Of a DNA stretch of 64,000 nt, positions 61,229 to 64,000 are shown in pieces. Location of the stretch: positions 3,289,028 to 3,353,027 of the forward strand of contig CP129466.1 of the NCBI GenBank assembly GCA_030583605.1, read 5' to 3'. The stretch's first letter is position 1. Each line of letters begins with the position of its first letter. This stretch comes from Gammaproteobacteria bacterium (lineage in GTDB: Bacteria > Pseudomonadota > Gammaproteobacteria > Steroidobacterales > GCA-2729495). Under the pieces are notes generated by a model. The model was not told the origin of the DNA. It ran no database searches and worked only from the letters and a program-made list of their open reading frames with translations. Both the position numbers and the translations under genes were made by a program.

Positions 61229-62050
61229 ATGTCAGCCGGGCGCAGTCACTCTGTCGCGGAGCTTTCCCGCCATACCGGGTTCGATCGGCGCACCATCGTC
61301 TATTACATCCAGCAGGGCCTGATCGAGCGGCCGGGGCGGCGGGGACCCAATACCCGCTACCCGGGCGAAACCCTGACCCGCCTGCAATTCATCAGAGGAG
61401 TCAAGGAGTTACAGCAGCGTGGCCAGTTGCTGAACGTGACCCTGGCCGACATCCGGCGAGCCATGGCTGCCCGCGACACCGCCGGGCTGCAGGATCTGTT
61501 GGACCGCAGCATGCCGGTAGCGGAGGTCGAACCGCTACTCGCCGTTGCCGTACACACGGCGCCTGCTCCACCCGACAGCCCCGCACCCATGCCGCCGCCG
61601 GCCGCTACCCCGCCAGCGCCTGATACCGGGGGCCCGGCAGCGCTTACCAGGCCCGCCGATCCGCCGCCGCGGGAACGCCGCGCGTTCGGCCTGGCCGATG
61701 CCAACGTCCGCCAGCGGTTCGCCCCGGGCGGAACCGCGCCGGCGGCGACCGGACCCGCACTGGCCGCCCCGCCGCCCGTCGGCGCGACTCCCGCGTCGGC
61801 GACACCGGCACCCGCTCCGTCCCGAACACCCCTCGAGGCGGGCGACACCGACCTCGGCACCCTGCTGCGCGAACTCGAAATCCGTCCGGCCATGTCCGGA
61901 CGGCGCCTGCTGCCGGGCGCCGCGGAGCAATGGACCGAAATTCCGATCACCAGCCGGGTCTACCTCTCGGTACGCGGCCTGTCGGCCGAAGACGCGCCGC
62001 TGGCCGACGCCACCGCACGCGCGCTGAAAAAACTCCTGCGCGGACCTTGA
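61229..62050 (+). CDS. MerR-type HTH protein with long Pro/Ala-rich low-complexity region
   Basis: N-terminal SVAELSRHTGFDRRTIVYYIQQGLIERPGRRGPNTRY (MerR-like wHTH). The middle ~120 aa are P/A-rich, followed by a short ordered C-terminus. Confidence 0.55.
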   Translation: MSAGRSHSVAELSRHTGFDRRTIVYYIQQGLIERPGRRGPNTRYPGETLTRLQFIRGVKELQQRGQLLNVTLADIRRAMAARDTAGLQDLLDRSMPVAEVEPLLAVAVHTAPAPPDSPAPMPPPAATPPAPDTGGPAALTRPADPPPRERRAFGLADANVRQRFAPGGTAPAATGPALAAPPPVGATPASATPAPAPSRTPLEAGDTDLGTLLRELEIRPAMSGRRLLPGAAEQWTEIPITSRVYLSVRGLSAEDAPLADATARALKKLLRGP

Positions 62051-62061
62051 CCGCGCGGCGC

Positions 62062-63090
62062 CTAGCGCAGCTTCGGCATCACCTGCTCCGCGAACCACCG
62101 CGTCTGGCGCACCATCGCCTCCTGGCGTGCGCCGTGCGGGCCCGGCACCGGCGAGCCACCGAGCAGATACACGTGGTCGAGCCCCATGGCCAGCAACTCG
62201 CCGAGTCGTTCGATGCACTTCGACGGCGGGCCGCAGATGGAGAACCAGTCGACGAACTGATCGTCCACCAGCGCGAGATGCTCCCCGTCGTTCTGTGCAT
62301 GACGTGCCATGTCGTAGCCCGCCTTCATGCGGACCGCGAGCACCTTCAGGCGCGGCGGCAGGTGCTCGACGGGCGCATCTTTCATGCCCGCAAAATGCGC
62401 CAGCATGCCGGCAATCATGCGCCCGAGATCGATGGCACGCTGCTCGTCGGGATCGCAGACGAGGTTGATGTAGGCGCCGACGCCGAGCGATGCACGGTCA
62501 CGGCCGGTTTCGGCGAGGCGGGTGTTCAGCGTGTCGAGCGCCCAGCGCAGGCGTTCGGGTGCTGCGCCGACCGCAAAAGAAACCCGGTCGGCGATGTCGG
62601 CAGCCATGCGGATCGCCGCCGGGCCAGTGCAGGCGATGTCGATCGGCACCAGCGGCAGCTCACCCGGAGCGAGCCAGCGCAGCCGCGAAGCGGTCTCACC
62701 GCGCATCACCCGGTCACCCCGCAGGTAGCCGCGCAGCTGTTCACAGTAGAGGCGCAGCTCCGCGAGTTTCGCGTTGCGCCGGCCGATATGCGCGGCCGAC
62801 GAATCGCCGCGGCCGATGCCGCAGCGGGCCCGCCCGCCCGACTCGATCTGGAGCGTGGCGAGCGCTCCCGCGGTCACCGAAGCGTCCCGCGTGTACGGGT
62901 TGGTGACGCCGGTGCCGAGCGCGATGCGGCTGGTGCGCGCAGCCGCAAGGCTCAGCTGACCATATGGATCGGGACCCAGGCACTGCGTATCCGGGCAGGC
63001 GAGCGCGTCGAAGCCCATGGATTCGAGTTCCGCCGCGAGCCTTGCCGTGTAACCCGGCGAAGGCTCCATCACGACGCCGAACTCGGGCAC
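62062..63090 (-). CDS. LLM-class (luciferase-like) flavin/F420-dependent oxidoreductase
   Basis: From GTG 63090 (overlapping the upstream TAG by 1 nt; Met 63069 is an alternative): PEFGVVM...AELESMGFDALACPD...ALGTGVTNPYTRD pattern of the LLM family, recalled from memory. Confidence 0.6.
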   Translation of the reverse strand: MPEFGVVMEPSPGYTARLAAELESMGFDALACPDTQCLGPDPYGQLSLAAARTSRIALGTGVTNPYTRDASVTAGALATLQIESGGRARCGIGRGDSSAAHIGRRNAKLAELRLYCEQLRGYLRGDRVMRGETASRLRWLAPGELPLVPIDIACTGPAAIRMAADIADRVSFAVGAAPERLRWALDTLNTRLAETGRDRASLGVGAYINLVCDPDEQRAIDLGRMIAGMLAHFAGMKDAPVEHLPPRLKVLAVRMKAGYDMARHAQNDGEHLALVDDQFVDWFSICGPPSKCIERLGELLAMGLDHVYLLGGSPVPGPHGARQEAMVRQTRWFAEQVMPKLR

Positions 63091-63626
63091 TACTTGTGGT
63101 CTCGATGGGCGGCGAAAGCGATGCGATCGAGTAAACCGAGCAACACGGCCGATACGACGAACGTCAGGTGCAGGATCACGTACCACATGATCTTGTCGTT
63201 CGGTACCTGGTGGGCATCCATGAATACGCGCAGCAGGTGGATCGAGGAGATCGCCACGATGGAAGCGGCAACCTTGAGCTTCAGCGTGCCGGCGTCGAGC
63301 TTGCCGAGCCAGCCGAGCGTGTCGGTTGCCCTGGCGTCGATGCGCGAGACGAAGTTCTCGTAGCCCGAGAACATCACCATCACGATCAGGCTGCCGACCA
63401 GCACGATGTCGATCATCGCGAGCACCGTCAGGACCAGGTCCGCCTCGGTGGAGGTGAATGCGTGCGTGAGGACGTGGAACGCCTCCTGGAAGAACTTCAT
63501 GCCGAGCGCGAGCAGCGCCAGCGACAGCCCGATGTACAGCGGCGCGAGCAGCCAGCGACTGGCAAAGAGCAGGGTCTCGATCCAGCGCTCGAGCGGCCCA
63601 GGGTCGCCCGGTGCTCCGTTGCTCAT
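63090..63626 (-). CDS. yqhA: YqhA-family (UPF0114) membrane protein
   Basis: From Met 63626: [28 protein letters not shown]...[16 protein letters not shown]...[33 protein letters not shown]...[11 protein letters not shown]. This closely parallels E. coli YqhA. Confidence 0.9.
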   Translation of the reverse strand: MSNGAPGDPGPLERWIETLLFASRWLLAPLYIGLSLALLALGMKFFQEAFHVLTHAFTSTEADLVLTVLAMIDIVLVGSLIVMVMFSGYENFVSRIDARATDTLGWLGKLDAGTLKLKVAASIVAISSIHLLRVFMDAHQVPNDKIMWYVILHLTFVVSAVLLGLLDRIAFAAHRDHK

Positions 63627-63835
63627 TCCTGGTTCCCGCGAATCCTGGGCTTCAGGGCGTCGACCGCGGGCCGCATGGCCGCCCACTCGGCAGGCGATTG
63701 CTTTGATACGCTCAGTGCCACCGTCTCGCCGCCGGCCACCCGCGCCCGACGCCCTTCGGGCGCATCGGCCGCGCAGGCTGACTGCAGCGCAACCACCATC
63801 AGCAGGGCCAGGAACGCGAGCGGGTTTGTGTTCAT
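63623..63835 (-). CDS. small secreted hypothetical protein
   Basis: 70 aa with signal-like [22 protein letters not shown]. The stop overlaps the yqhA start (ATGA type). No homology recognised. Confidence 0.35.
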   Translation of the reverse strand: MNTNPLAFLALLMVVALQSACAADAPEGRRARVAGGETVALSVSKQSPAEWAAMRPAVDALKPRIRGNQE

Positions 63836-64000
63836 GGGGGCGCCATTGTAGCCGCGCCGTGACGCCCGGGAAGCCCCCGGGCACAGGCGCGCCGGCCGGT
63901 CGCGTCCGCCGGCTGACCTCTGCCTGCGGCGCTTGCGCTCACACGGGGGGCCCGGGTCCCCTGCCCGCGCCTGCTAATATCCGGCCATGAGCGATCTCGA

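Noticed and set aside
63976-64000. TAATAT followed 6 nt later by ATGAGCGATCTCGA at the window edge (possible leaderless gene start).
   Set aside because: Only 13 nt of ORF are visible and no -35 box is evident. Too little sequence to call.

Overview
GC-rich (about two-thirds G+C by eye, G/C-dominated third codon positions) proteobacterial-type chromosomal segment. It is densely coding on both strands, with about 57 credible CDS. I saw no rRNA, tRNA, CRISPR, integrase, transposase or phage genes.

Gene content, left to right:
- A gamma-glutamyl-polyamine catabolic set (PuuB-, SpuC-, PuuA- and PuuD-like), interleaved with an esterase/MFS pair and a NicO-like transporter.
- An NhaD antiporter with an NhaR-like LysR regulator.
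- A tightly coupled stress operon: sodB, a DUF gene, treT, otsB, mscS, otsA.
- DUF4398/OmpA lipoproteins, then RegB/RegA.
- An RcnR/DmeR-like repressor plus a CDF exporter, with a clear operator.
- YgiQ, a QseBC-type two-component pair, DegP/HtrA and an APC permease.
- The most unusual block: a LapG-type (BTLCP) periplasmic protease translationally coupled to a transmembrane PAS-HD-GYP protein. It is divergent from a Slam/type-XI-secretion outer-membrane protein, its predicted non-lipidated TbpB-fold cargo and a VPLPA-CTERM cohesin-like protein.
- An L,D-transpeptidase, an atypical MerR regulator, qNOR plus NsrR, and a TonB-dependent receptor.
- A CydDC-like ABC pair divergent from a Zn/Cd-type P1B-ATPase that carries a ~190-aa His-rich insertion.
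- A rhomboid protease and thiol/methionine repair genes.
- A Tat-signal nitrilase-fold protein lacking the catalytic Cys, with two partner genes.
- An LLM oxidoreductase and YqhA.

Non-coding highlights:
- Three ~500-bp copies of a non-autonomous terminal-inverted-repeat element (MITE) with target-site duplications.
- A 20-bp dyad (CCYTGAA-N6-TTYAAGG) present three times. It links the MerR gene to a mirror-image pair of MerR-type promoters 10 kb away.

All functional calls come from motif and family recognition by eye; no database search was run.
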